Source: Dipteris shenzhenensis
Lineage: Eukaryota
NCBI GenBank assembly: GCA_047967505.1
Contig: CM106538.1
Strand: one strand, 5' to 3'
Length of the DNA stretch: 64,000 nt
Notes under the pieces: model-generated
Told to the model about the DNA's origin: nothing
The model's input: the letters and a program-made list of their open reading frames with translations, nothing else
Databases searched by the model: none
Position numbers and translations under genes: made by a program
In this document: positions 1 to 10,769 of the stretch, in pieces
Numbering within the stretch: position 1 is the first letter of the stretch
Layout: each line of letters starts with the position of its first letter

Positions 1-794
1 TTTTTCGAGCGCTTATCTCGTGTATTGGATCTGGCATCATCACTGCTAGTGTCTGAATCTGTCATGCCATCTTCGATGTCAATGGCTGCCGCATGAGCAG
101 CACTGAATGTTTCATAGCTACTTATCTTTTTCATCTCCTTGCGGATTTTCTTTCTGAGGCCTGCTATGAACCATGCCGTGAGGTGCTTTGCATCTGGGCG
201 TGGGTCACATTTGGCGATCAATCTCTTCATCTTTCCCAGGTATGTGCGTACATCTTCCCTCCGGCCTTGTTCGATCTTGCTGAGTTGGAGAGCGGGGTCA
301 TCTTGTAGCCTCTCCGTTTGAAAGCGACGTTTGAATTCGGTTTGAAGTAGGTCCCATGTGGCACGTTCTTCCACAAGAAGGTCGAGGTACCATTCTGACG
401 CCTCATCAGTTAAGGCCATTGGAAACCAAGCCACCTTAGTTTCATGGGATTGATCACCACCTGCTCGACATGCGGCATCAAAATGTTGGAGGAAGCGAGC
501 AGGGTCTCCCCTACCATTATATTTGGGAAGTTCCAGTTTTCCCAAAGGGCGTCGGCTGTGATTGTTGTGATTTCGTCGATTGAAGAAGTTGTCAGCCTCG
601 GCATCGAGCTCGATGTCCCCATCATGCTCAGGACGGCGTCCAGCCATGTTGGGGCGTGGAGGAGTTAAAGGGAGTTGTTGAATCTCAGGGGGGAATTCGG
701 GGTAGAGGATTGGCGGGGGCGGTTGTTGCAGTGGAGTTAGTTGCGGATTGGGCGAGCGTTGAAGTCGAAGTCGTTGGCCGGAACGTAACTGCAT
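1..794 (-). CDS. gag: Gag of Athila-like Ty3/gypsy element (N-terminal part, open off the left edge)
   Basis: Hand translation of the minus strand from ATG 794: MQLRSGQRLR...KLELPKYNGRGDPARFLQHFDAACRAGG...KVAWFPMALTDEASEWYLDL...TWDLLQTEFKRRF...LSKIEQGRREDVRTYLGKMKRL...AWFIAGLRKKIR, with no stop to position 1. This is a typical retrotransposon capsid pattern. It is missing from the ORF track because the stop lies outside the window. Confidence 0.9.
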   Translation of the reverse strand, partial: MQLRSGQRLRLQRSPNPQLTPLQQPPPPILYPEFPPEIQQLPLTPPRPNMAGRRPEHDGDIELDAEADNFFNRRNHNNHSRRPLGKLELPKYNGRGDPARFLQHFDAACRAGGDQSHETKVAWFPMALTDEASEWYLDLLVEERATWDLLQTEFKRRFQTERLQDDPALQLSKIEQGRREDVRTYLGKMKRLIAKCDPRPDAKHLTAWFIAGLRKKIRKEMKKISSYETFSAAHAAAIDIEDGMTDSDTSSDDARSNTRDKRSK

Positions 795-1249
795 GCAGAT
801 GGTGCGTGATTTGCCGAGGGTATCGCTACCCCAAGTGTGGGTGTGGAGGTAGTGCTGTTAGGAGAGTTAGAGTGGTGTTAGTTTGTGTAGGGACCGTCGT
901 GTTAATAATGTGCCTAGGATTGTCCTACGTGTGTAGGGAAATGTGCCGGTGCAGACGGATCGTTAATCGGAGGTTGCGGCGTGAAAATACGAGTGAATTA
1001 ATGCAAAATAAGGCCCACACGGGGGCGCGAATGAACGTGTGCGAGGGATGCCGAAATGGTGTGCAATGGGCTGGAAAAATACCCCGTAACGTGGTGTTTC
1101 CGTGTGTGAAATCTGGGTTCAAACGGGGTTTAATTTGGGTCCCAAACGGATGAGTTTCGAGGAGTTAAAGGAGGGGTAAATTTGGCGTTTGGGGGGTCCT
1201 AATGGTGGTGTGAATGGACTTTAAGTCCAACCGAGGGGTTGAAACCAAG

Positions 1250-1535
1250 TGACTCTAGTTAGAGTAACTAACCTAGATCCTCCCAGTTACGGTAACTGGG
1301 AGGTTTAACTAACTGTAGTTAGATACTAACTGTAGTTAGTCTAACCTAACTGAGGGCTAACTAAACTAACCTAACCTCAAGTACTACTAACCTAACCTAC
1401 GTAGCTAATCTAACTGAGGTTAACTAGCTAACCTAGGGTTAACTAACCTAACCTAACTGTAGTTAGTACTAACCTAACTGTGGTTAAACTAACCGTAGAG
1501 TTAATGTTAGGTTAGGGTTAGTTTGGTTAGGTTTA
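1250..1535. repeat. Degenerate CTAAC/GTTAG pentamer array with short palindromes
   Basis: Repeated ctaacctaac and ctaactgtagttag units that switch to gttaggttagg near 1505. Perfect 12-bp hairpin CCTCCCAGTTAC-G-GTAACTGGGAGG at 1279-1303. Confidence 0.75.
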
Positions 1536-1559
1536 GTTTTTTTTTTTTTTAAATTTTTA

Positions 1560-2810
1560 TGTGGGGGGGGGGGGCTGCCCGACGGCGGCGCCCGGAGAGA
1601 GGGGGGGGGGGGGGGGGGGGGTTTGACGCGACGGGGGGAACGGGGGAGGGCGAGGGGGGTGCGAGGGGGGTTGCGAAGGGGAGGGCGAGGGGGGTGCAAG
1701 GGGGGGTGCGAGGGGGTTTGCGCGGGCGGGGGGCGGGGGTGGCGGGCGGGGGGAGCGCGGGGCGGGGTGGGTTGGGGGCGGGCGGGGTGCGCGGGGCGGC
1801 GGCGCTGCGTGCGCCGCCGCGGGGCGGGGGGTGGGAGAGGGACGGTGACGTGGGGCGCCGCCGTGGGGCGGCGGGCGGGGGCGGCGGTGTGCGCCGCCGC
1901 GGGGCGGGGTAGGCGGGGGCGTGGGGCGCTGGGCGGGGGTGGCGTGGGGTCGCCGCCGCGGGGCGGTGGCGGGGGTGGCGAGGGTTGGAGGGGCGCGGAG
2001 GCGGCCAGGGATGGCCGCGGGGGCGGAGCGGGCGGGCGGCGCCGCTGGCGGCGCCGCTGTTGGCGGGCGGACGTCGGCGGCCCGGGCGGGGTGGGCGGAG
2101 GCGGCGGCGGCGTCTCTGCGGAGCGCCGCCGCGGGAGCGAGGGGGTCGGTGGGGTGGGGTGGGTGGGATGGGGGGGTTGAGCGGGGTAAGGGGGAGGGGG
2201 AGAGAGGGGGATGGGGGAGGGAACGAGGGGGAGAGAGGAGGGAGTGAGAGAGAGAGGGGGTGGGAGAGAGAACGAGGGGGGGAAAGTGGGAGAGAGGAGA
2301 GAGAAAAGAGAGAGAGGGGGAGGGGGAGGGGGAGGGGGAGGGGGAGATGATGGTAGAGAGAGAAGGGGAGGGGGGAGAGAGAATGAGGGGGAGAGAGGGG
2401 GATGGGGGAGGGGGAGAGGGGGAGGTGAGGGGGAGGTGGTAGTGGAGGGGGAGGGGGAGAGGGTAAGGGGGAGGTGAGGGGGAGGGGGAGAGGGGGAGGT
2501 GAGGGGGAGGTGGTAGTGGAGGGGGAGGGGGAGAGGGTAAGGGGGAGGTGAGGGGGAGGTGGTAGTGGAGGGGGAGGGGGAGAGGGGGAGGTGGTAGTGG
2601 AGGGGAAGTGGGAGAGGGGGAGGGGGGAGGTGGTGGTGGAGGGGGAGTGGGAGAGGGGGAGGGGGGAGGTGGTGGTGGAGGGGGGAGGTGGTGGTGGAGA
2701 GGGAGAGGGGGAGAGGGGGAGGGGGAAGATGAAGGGGGAGGGGGAGAGGGGAGGTGGTGGAGAGGGGGAGGTGGTGGTGGAGAGGGAGGTGGTGGTGGAG
2801 GGGGAGGGGT
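1560..2810. repeat. G-rich low-complexity tract (GGC/GCG-rich, then almost pure purine GGGGGA / GAGGTGGTRGTG repeats)
   Basis: Directly visible composition. The many G/R/P-rich ORFs called here are by-products of that composition. Confidence 0.9.
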
Positions 2811-3466
2811 AAAAGAGCAACAAAAAAACTGAAAGACGGAAATTGAAAAGCAAGGCGAAGTGGTTACCTGACGCTTTCCAAGTCTTTCTCGATGGAACGG
2901 GATTGTCGCGGAACAATGGACGGTGGGTGGAAGGCTAGGTCATTGCTGCGAGAAGGGCTCGATGTCACTTACATGGCGAGGATAGGAGTAAGGGGGCGGT
3001 CGATGGAGAGGGAGGAGTGTCTTGCGTGGGGCTCGGAAGGAGGAAGAGAATGGAGGCAAAAGTGAAAGATGAAGAATGAGGGGGGGTGGAGTAGGTTTTT
3101 ATAGGTTTGGATTTTAGGTTTAGGGTTTAGGTTTAGGGTTTAACCCTAAACTCTTCCCGAGCCATAACTTTTTATGGAGAGCTCGGTTTGCCTTTCTGTA
3201 AAAAGGTAAAATGATCGTAATTGAAAGCTCTACGCAACCGTATCCACTACCTAGCCTAATTGTACATCATGTGGCTTTTATTTAAGAAATTAAGAAAATC
3301 TCTTAAGGTAGTAACCCAAAGTGGATGTTTGGGGTTGATATGTTTGGCTAGATTTGGAAAATTTTTTACTCTCCTTGCCCTTGAGTGGTATGTGCGTGAA
3401 AGTTTTAAGTAGTGACTTGTTTTACACCTACCTACGCATGTTTACTCGCTACTTGAGACGCTAGTC

Positions 3467-3484
3467 TCCCCGGCAACAGCGCCA
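3467..3484 (-). promoter_or_regulatory. Primer binding site complementary to tRNA-Asp 3' end
   Basis: Minus strand reads TGGCGCTGTTGCCGGGGA, one change from the TGGCGCCGTTGCCGGGGA PBS typical of Athila elements, 2 nt after the LTR-terminal CA. Confidence 0.9.
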
Positions 3485-3486
3485 AA

Positions 3487-3721
3487 TGTTGGCTCTTTCC
3501 TACTGCTCTCGTAGGAAGAGCTGGGTAATCTATGTTGCAGGGTTCCGAGGCTTTTTGTCACCTACAGATATATTGGGATTGTCGTTGTAGTATATATGTA
3601 GCTTAGGACCTCGTGTTCCGGTGAGAGACGTAGGCTTAAGTGCGGTGAGTAAACATAATGCAAGCATGTGTAAAAGGCACGTAAACCATTGTTGTTGGGG
3701 TAATGAAGGCTTTCGCCTTCA
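3487..3721 (-). repeat. Probable 5' LTR (~235 bp)
   Basis: TG...CA termini, with the inner end fixed by the PBS. The outer end (TGAAGGCGAAAGCCTTCA on minus) is inferred because the partner LTR is outside the window. Confidence 0.55.
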
Positions 3722-3734
3722 TTGGGGGTTGTAG

Positions 3735-4150
3735 GGTTTAGGAGGAGTTTAAGGGTTCAGAAGGAGGTTCCAGGGTTTAGGAAGAGTTCAAGGGTTCAGA
3801 AGGAGGTTCCAGGGTTTAGAAAGAGTTCAGAGTTAGGAGGAGGATCCAAGGTTCAGAGTATAGTACATGGTGGAGAACTCGTCTCCCTCGTAGATCATTG
3901 AGTTTAAGGGTTTAGGAAAGCATAGGAGTGGGAGAGGAAGAAGGTGTAAGAGCATGGGTGAAGTAAGAGAGAGAGGAGGAAGGAGGAGGAGGGAAGAGGA
4001 GGTGGGAGAGGGAGGAGAGAGGAGGAGGAGGAGGAGGAAGGAGGAGGAGGAGGAGGAGGAGGGAGGAGGAGGGAGGAGGAGGAGGAGGAGGAGGAGGGAG
4101 AAGGGAGGAGGAGAGGGAGAGGATGGGTTGCAGGGTTGGAGGAGAGGGGA
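3735..4150. repeat. ~39-bp tandem repeat (2-3 copies, 3735-3860) followed by a (GGA)n-rich microsatellite (3965-4150)
   Basis: agggtttaggaagagttcaagggttcagaaggaggttcc repeated, then a long GGA run. Confidence 0.85.
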
Positions 4151-4320
4151 GATGGGTTGCAAGGTTAGGACATGCTTTTGGACGTGCAGTGCAAGGAAGC
4201 ATGGACACTTGAGACAAATGCTTGGAATACCAATGTAGACTCAACACAATGCCCCAAGAGTGTGGGCTTCATTCCATTATGGGGTATTTATACAAGTTGG
4301 AGAGCCTCCTTCTCTGCATG

Positions 4321-4625
4321 TAACACAAAGTCGTATCACAAAGTTGTAACACAAAGTTGTGTCACAAAGTCGTAACACATTCTCTCTCTTCATGTAGAAG
4401 TTGTAACACAAAGTTGTTACACAAAGTTGTAACACAAAGTTGTAACACAAAGTTGTAACACAAAGTTGTGTCACAAAGTTATATCACAAAGTCGTAACAC
4501 ATTCTCTCTCTTCATGTAGACAAACTCGTAACACAAAGTTGTTACATAAAGTCGTAACATAAAGTTGTGTCTAGAAGTTGTAACACAAAGTTGTAACACA
4601 AAGTTGTATCACAAAGTTGTATCAC
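4321..4625. repeat. 13-bp minisatellite ACACAAAGTTGTA with a ~120-bp higher-order period
   Basis: Well over a dozen copies, interrupted about every 120 bp by ttctctctcttcat (~4380, ~4502, degenerate ~4627). Confidence 0.9.
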
Positions 4626-4989
4626 CTTCTCTTTCTTCATAAGTTCATGTTGGCACAGAGTCAACACTTTGCCATCCCCTTGTCAACTTTGCATGCAATC
4701 TTGTCTACAACATAGTACATCTAAGGTCTCATTCTAAAATGGGGGAGGTGGAAGAGGGGCATGAGAATATGTGGTTGTTGGTGACATCTTTTGGAATTCA
4801 GTGGAAGTATGCTCAAACTTAAGTTCATTCCCTACTTCAAGTATGCTAGAGTGGAAGCAATCGAGCATCAAATTGGAATTTTTTGATATCAAGGACTCAC
4901 AAGCCGTCCTGAGATGATGAATTCTATAGCCACTATCAGACGATGAACATAGCTAAGGGTTTTTTATCATTGTTTTCGTTTTGTAGATG

Positions 4990-6780
4990 CCATGGCTAAA
5001 AATAAACAAGATCTGTCCATTGCTATGGAGGATTCAAAGCTAGAGAAGACAAAATATAAGCCGCTTCATTGTCATGACTAAAGAAGTAGTCTTGCTAGAT
5101 TCTTGTGAAGAAAATATGTAACACATTTATTGGTTCATAAAAACATATGATTTCTTGGGAGTGTACAAAGGGGATGTGCACCTCCATGTCTCCATAAAGG
5201 AAAAAACATACAAAGATATGGGAATCATTTGGAGTGTCTTTGAAGAACAAGTAAGCCATGCTACTCCTTGACTTGGAGTGGTTGTTGAAGCTACAAATAA
5301 TTCAAATGACATGCAATAAAATCTTCCACTCCAAGGATACAAATTTGGTTACATGCATGCAAGCAAGAATGACATGGATAAATCAATGAAGAACCTTGGA
5401 TGGGGTTTTCTAGGCTTTGATAACCTTAAGGAAGTAGGAATTGGAGACATGCAAGACATTATAAATGGCTTTGGCAATGTAAGGAATATTTTGCATCTAC
5501 TTACTCTACTAAGGATGGTCCTAGAGATGGAGTGAACAAGAGAAAAAGGGGGGATGAATATTGTTCTCACATCAATTGATAACATAAAGAACAACACTAC
5601 ATTAGAGTTGACTGTGGTGGGAAACACATAAGCAAAAACATACAAAAAGAATCTACTTGCAATGCTTGATGCAACCTTGGATGGTGGAAAGCATGTTGGA
5701 TCAGATGAAGGGATCCAACTATTTGAAAAATGGAGTCCTTACTGCCCAATTGGCATGCACACCACTTTTGAAATTGATGTCACAAGGTGCATTTAATCAC
5801 CAAAACACAGGGTGTACTAGGGAGTGATGGTTTCTCATGTCATGGATCTCCTAAGGGACTACTTGAGTCACCTATAGATCAATCTAGTGAGGCATATGTA
5901 ATATCTTTTGACCCCAAGACAAATCTCCCTTTGTAGGCTTTGAGCTCAGAATTAAAAAAGGTGGATATCCATTTTCAAATTGATGTGCACCATTTTTAAA
6001 GAGGAATGAATCCTCCTTAGCAAGTGAAAGTGATTTGGTAGCTCTTCAAAATCAATGAAAAACACATATGGATTTGCAGTTAGAAGGGATAATATATCCA
6101 GTAGATCCACAAACTTGTCAAACTCATCAATTCCATGGATTGACTAGCTTAATAAAGTTTTTGTGTAAGGGTGAGAATAATTTGTTAGGATATTGTCAAA
6201 GGTTCATTGCTCATGGAGAAAGCAGCCTTCATAGCCACCAATATTAATCTTTGCTTAGTGAAAGAGACAAAAGGATTGCAATGTTGGAGGATTGGAATCA
6301 ACATTTGGTATCATCTATGCAAGCTACAAGTGTTCAAATGTCTGCATATGATGGCATAGAGAAGAAAAATAAGGAATTACAGGTAAAGGTTCAAACATTA
6401 GATGCTCAATTGGGAGAGAGCACTATAAATGCAATTCACTTGCACATGCAAAACATAGCTTTGAAGCATGAGATCAAAAACTTAGAAAAAACATTATCAT
6501 TGATAAAGGACACTCCAATGGGTCCAAGACTATGTAAGAGGAAATTGCATCCAATCGATGAAATATCCAAGAAAAGTGGTCACTGCTAGAAGCATTGAGT
6601 GAGAGCTTGTAGGAGTGTTTCAGAACTAATGTCTATTCATGATGAACACTCTGGTGCTATGGGGGTGAAGTGTTTATGAAAAAAATGTTGGAGTCTATTA
6701 TACAACATCCAAAATTCAAAAGTCTAAAATCAAAGATAACATCTAAGTCAATGAACAAAGTTGTGGAGCATCACAATGCA
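4990..6780 (+). pseudogene. Decayed coding region of unknown identity ending in a coiled-coil-like segment
   Basis: Long plus frames broken by scattered stops (5083-5535, 6251-6589). The latter has heptad-like K/E/L/Q composition. No motif recognised. Confidence 0.35.
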
Positions 6781-6869
6781 ACTAGTGGCTTAGATTGATA
6801 AGGCAAGCTAAAAGGACATTTCAAGAGCACACTCCATACAAAACCCAAAAATCCAGGATTCTATTAAAT

Positions 6870-9800
6870 TGTCCTATTAAGGATAGCACGCTAATATCAA
6901 AGGATGCCAATCTGATGGTCACAAAGGTCATGCAAAATAATCCCTTCATTGAGAAGCTATGAGCTATTGCTCCAGAATATAGTGTTCTTCAACGTTTTGT
7001 CATTCTATTGCATATTTGTATATTCTGTTCTCATAGATATTACATGTATCGTTTGTCTATTGTTTCCCGTAGCATTTATGTGTATTTATGATGCTACACA
7101 TTGGCAATCACGATGCGCATTCTTACCATCATGCAAGGAATTCACGATCAGGCAATTGAGCCTCATGTCATCTGCCCCTTGCTGTCATTGCAGAGGCACT
7201 TCACATGGAGGTTTGCATGTAGCTGCACTCAGTCCAGAGGAGATTCGAGAGGAGATTGTTGTGGTAAGGAGGCACATCCGTGGATTACAAGATGAACTCG
7301 ATCAGATGCCCCCCAACACCCTACTTACGGTCGAGCGAGTGTAGAAATTCTAGAACCTCATCCGGTGGTCATGGCAGTGCATTTTGGAGTTGTTATCTTC
7401 CCAGTAAGCATGCATGCACACACACTCACAAGGACCTCCTGATCCCTTGACACTGATGATGTGGCTGCGGCAGCGCAACATTGATCTTGAGCATCGAGAC
7501 AGTAAATTGCAAGAAGCTCCGAGAGGGGTTTGGCATTAGAGTCCACTTGCTCAATCGGTATCACCACCAAGGCTGTAGGTACAAGTCTCGATTCATGCAC
7601 ATCGGGTGCTGAGTGCATCTTTGTCTCCGACTGTGGTTTTGGTGGCTTCTCACAATCTCTTCAGTCAAGGAAAACCATCTAGAGGGGCACCAAACATTGG
7701 AGGTGCTGTAATGGCTATGGCATCTCCTGCGGTTGCGGTGGGTAATGTCAAGTATGCCAAGTTTTTGAGAAAAAAGTTGGATGACCCCGATGTACATGTC
7801 CGGATGTTTGAAAAGGTGTATGGGATCAACAATCCAGGAGCTGTGGTACCACTCCAATAAGAGGAAATTTTTTAGTCAACTTTATTGGGTAAGGTAGCAC
7901 AATGGTTGGTAGAGTATGCAGTGAACCATTTCCCCACATATGATGCAGCCCGCGATAAATTCTTGAGGTAGTTTCGTCAAGAAAAAATGATTCCACGGAC
8001 TCTGGAGAGATTGTATAGCTTGGAGTAAGGCGATCAAGATGTGGAAGGTTATGCATCCAAATTTAATTTACTCTTGCAACGTGTGCATGTGGCTCAAAGC
8101 CCTGCTCAGGAGGTACTCAATGACTACTTCATTTTAAGGCTATCATGGAATCTACAGGTGGCATTGGCCACAGTGTTGAGAGATATGGTGCCATGAGCAC
8201 ATAGATTAAAGGGCTAAGGTATGGTATAGGATGTTCAAAGGATTCTGACTTAAAAGTAGATACAAAGACTTGGAGAGCCTCTAAATGGGGTAAGGGCGCA
8301 CCAGTGGCTTTCGGAGAAGGGTCCATACCTAAAGACTTGAAGGGTATATGGTGCACCCACTACCGCAATCCTGGTCACTCCGCAATCGAGTGTGATCTTT
8401 ATGTGAATTGGTGTGCGATTTGCTTGACTAATACACACAACACATTGGGATGCCACTACAATGGGTGTGGCCAAAGAGCGGTTGGTCAGTAGAGTAAGAT
8501 GCGGCTATGTCTTTTGTGCAAGAAGAGCCATAGTAGCAAGCGTTCTAGTCTGAGCAACAGATGCTCCAACAAGGCGATGGAAGCAATGGCCAAACACGGA
8601 CGTTGAGGCCAGGGTTGTGGTCAAAATCGACTGAAAACATGTATGTTTTGCTTGGGCGAAGGCCATTGGCAGAACGAATGATTGGAAGCTCAGGAATGGG
8701 ATCGGCAACATGCGGAGCGGTAAAAGATCTCCGAGAAAATTCTCAGCACTTCGATGCTACACATTGTTGATGATGATCCGTTGGTGTGTCCAGAGATTAG
8801 CATTGTCACCCATGCTAGTATCAAGCTATGAGGACTGACTCCCATAAATGGTGATAAGCTACTGGATTGGTCAGCTCAAGAACACATTCGATGCCAAGTC
8901 TACAAGTTGGTAACGAAGGAGCCACCATTGATGTCTCTACCAGAGCTTGCAACAACGCCGAGTGAGGCACGTAAGGTGCAATTTGTAGAATTGTGCAATT
9001 AGAGGCGGAGACTCAAGCCAAGTTCAAGTTACACTTACCAGGAAATGGTCCGAAGGCAATTGAAGCAACTCTGTTGTTGGTCGCTAACCAAGCCAAGAGG
9101 CGGGCAAACTCTCTACAAAGGGAGCCAGGGTTGGAATGCATTTTGGAGGCTCTTATCCAAATTTCATTAGGCAGATTGCTTAATCTGGTTTCAGGATTCC
9201 ATCGACAATTCTTGCATTCCCTGCACACGAAGTCGAAACCAGAAGAGGTGGAGTTATGTCAAGTTGATTCATGCCCAATGCCAGTAGTTCCTTTGATTGA
9301 CATGAGAATTCTAGTGATTTCCGCAAAGGCACAAGGTCGGACTTTTGCTCAGGTGCTGGTAGATGGCGGTTCGAGGATCAATATTGTCACTTTAAAGACC
9401 TGCCAAGGAATGGGATGGATGTCCTAGAAGCTGGCGCCATTCTTAGTCCGCATGGTTGATCAACGTCGGGTTCAACCACTCAAAATCTTGTTGGCCGTTG
9501 TTCTGGAGGTGGTGGGCATATCATTCTTGGTGTCCTTTGTGGTGCTCAACATGGAAGCTGCAACGCTAGAGTATAGCATCCTTTTGGGTAGGCCTTCGTT
9601 GCGGTAAGCAAAAGTCAAGCAAAATTGGGAGCAGAACATCATTTCAGTGCGGAGAGGAAAGAAGAAAGTGCAGGTCACAATGAGAGTGGTGGCACCATTG
9701 GCAGATGCAGTCCAACTTGTGTTGGTCGAGATGATGAACATGGTGGACGGATTGGAGGATGATGAGGAGGAAGCCTTTCTCAAGGCATATCTGGAGTTGG

Positions 9801-10765
9801 TTCCTATCTTCACGATCGATGTGGAAGGCATTATGGACATTTACATGCATCAAAGTTTTCTGACAGACACGGCTAGCCCTATTTTGGAGGAGGAGTTTGA
9901 GCCCCAACAAGTAGCAACAAAATTGGATATATGGGATCTCCTACAGCAAGGGAGGGAATTCGAAGAACGGATGAGTAGAGTCATGCGAGTTCAAAAAGAT
10001 GCTCTAGATACGACACATCTAAACTAGTCAAAGTTAGCAATTTGTTGATAACTGAATTCCACCGTGAATTGATTGCCCTCTTGTGGGAATTTTCCAATGT
10101 GTTCACTTGGGACTATGCAGATATGAAGGGTATGGATCCAAAATTTTACCAACACCGGGTCAACCTCAAACCAGATGTGACTTTGACAAAGATACATAGG
10201 TATCATATGAATCCGCACATGGCCAAGCAAGTGCGTGAAGAACTGGAGTGCTTGTTGTGGGTGGGATTCATTGCACTAATTGAAAATCTAGAGTGGATTT
10301 CCCCAATTGTCATTGTGCCAAAGAAAAATAAGAAATTACGAATTTGTGTCAACTACCTCAAGCTGAATGTGGCCACAGTACCCGATCCATTTCCCTTGTG
10401 CTATATGGATTCTATGCTCGATGAAGTGGTGGGGCATGAGGTGTACTCCTTCTTGGATGGATATAGCAGATAGAACCAAATCCGAATGGGTCTAGAAGAC
10501 CAGCAAAATACAACATTCATCACATCATGGGAGGTCTATGTTTGTACAGTCATGTGGTTTAGATTGAGGAATGCTCCCTCAACTTTTTAACATAGGCAAT
10601 GCAAGATATCTTTGGATCCTATTTGATAGATTTCATGAGAATTTTCTTGGATGACCTCAATGTGTTTGGCACATTCGATGAGCACCTGGAGGACTTGCAG
10701 AAATGCTTCCAACGATGCATAGAAGTCTCCTTCAATCTAAATTCGATGAAATGCGCATTCGTAAC
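6870..10765 (+). mobile_element. Old degenerate Ty3/gypsy element related to the one at 27819, truncated in RT
   Basis: Colinear remnants: gag VKYAKF..DDPDVHVRMFE, knuckles WCTHYRNPGHSAIEC and WCAICLTNTHNTLGC, protease LVDGGSRINI, RT WISPIVIVPKKNKKLRIC...FLDDL. A degenerate PBS TGGCAATCACG follows CA at 7100. The left boundary is approximate. Confidence 0.85.
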
Positions 10766-10769
10766 AGCA

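Larger units (their letters stand above)
1..3721 (-). mobile_element. 5' portion of an Athila-like Ty3/gypsy LTR retrotransposon (LTR, PBS, ~2.7-kb leader, gag)
   Basis: Order on the minus strand is LTR end (CCAACA, 3487), PBS, long leader, gag. Confidence 0.8.

Noticed and set aside
1484-2916. Long Pro/Gly/Arg/Glu-rich ORFs on both strands (extensin-like 455 aa)
   Set aside because: All frames are open because G/C-rich low-complexity DNA lacks stop codons. The tract lies inside a retroelement leader.
3113-3150. Telomere fusion site (TTTAGGG to CCCTAAA)
   Set aside because: Only a few degenerate units, inside a retroelement leader.
4321-4625. CRISPR-like appearance of short repeats (also 53100-53400 and 61690-61780)
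   Set aside because: The units are tandem with no unique spacers, no cas genes are present, and the context is eukaryotic.
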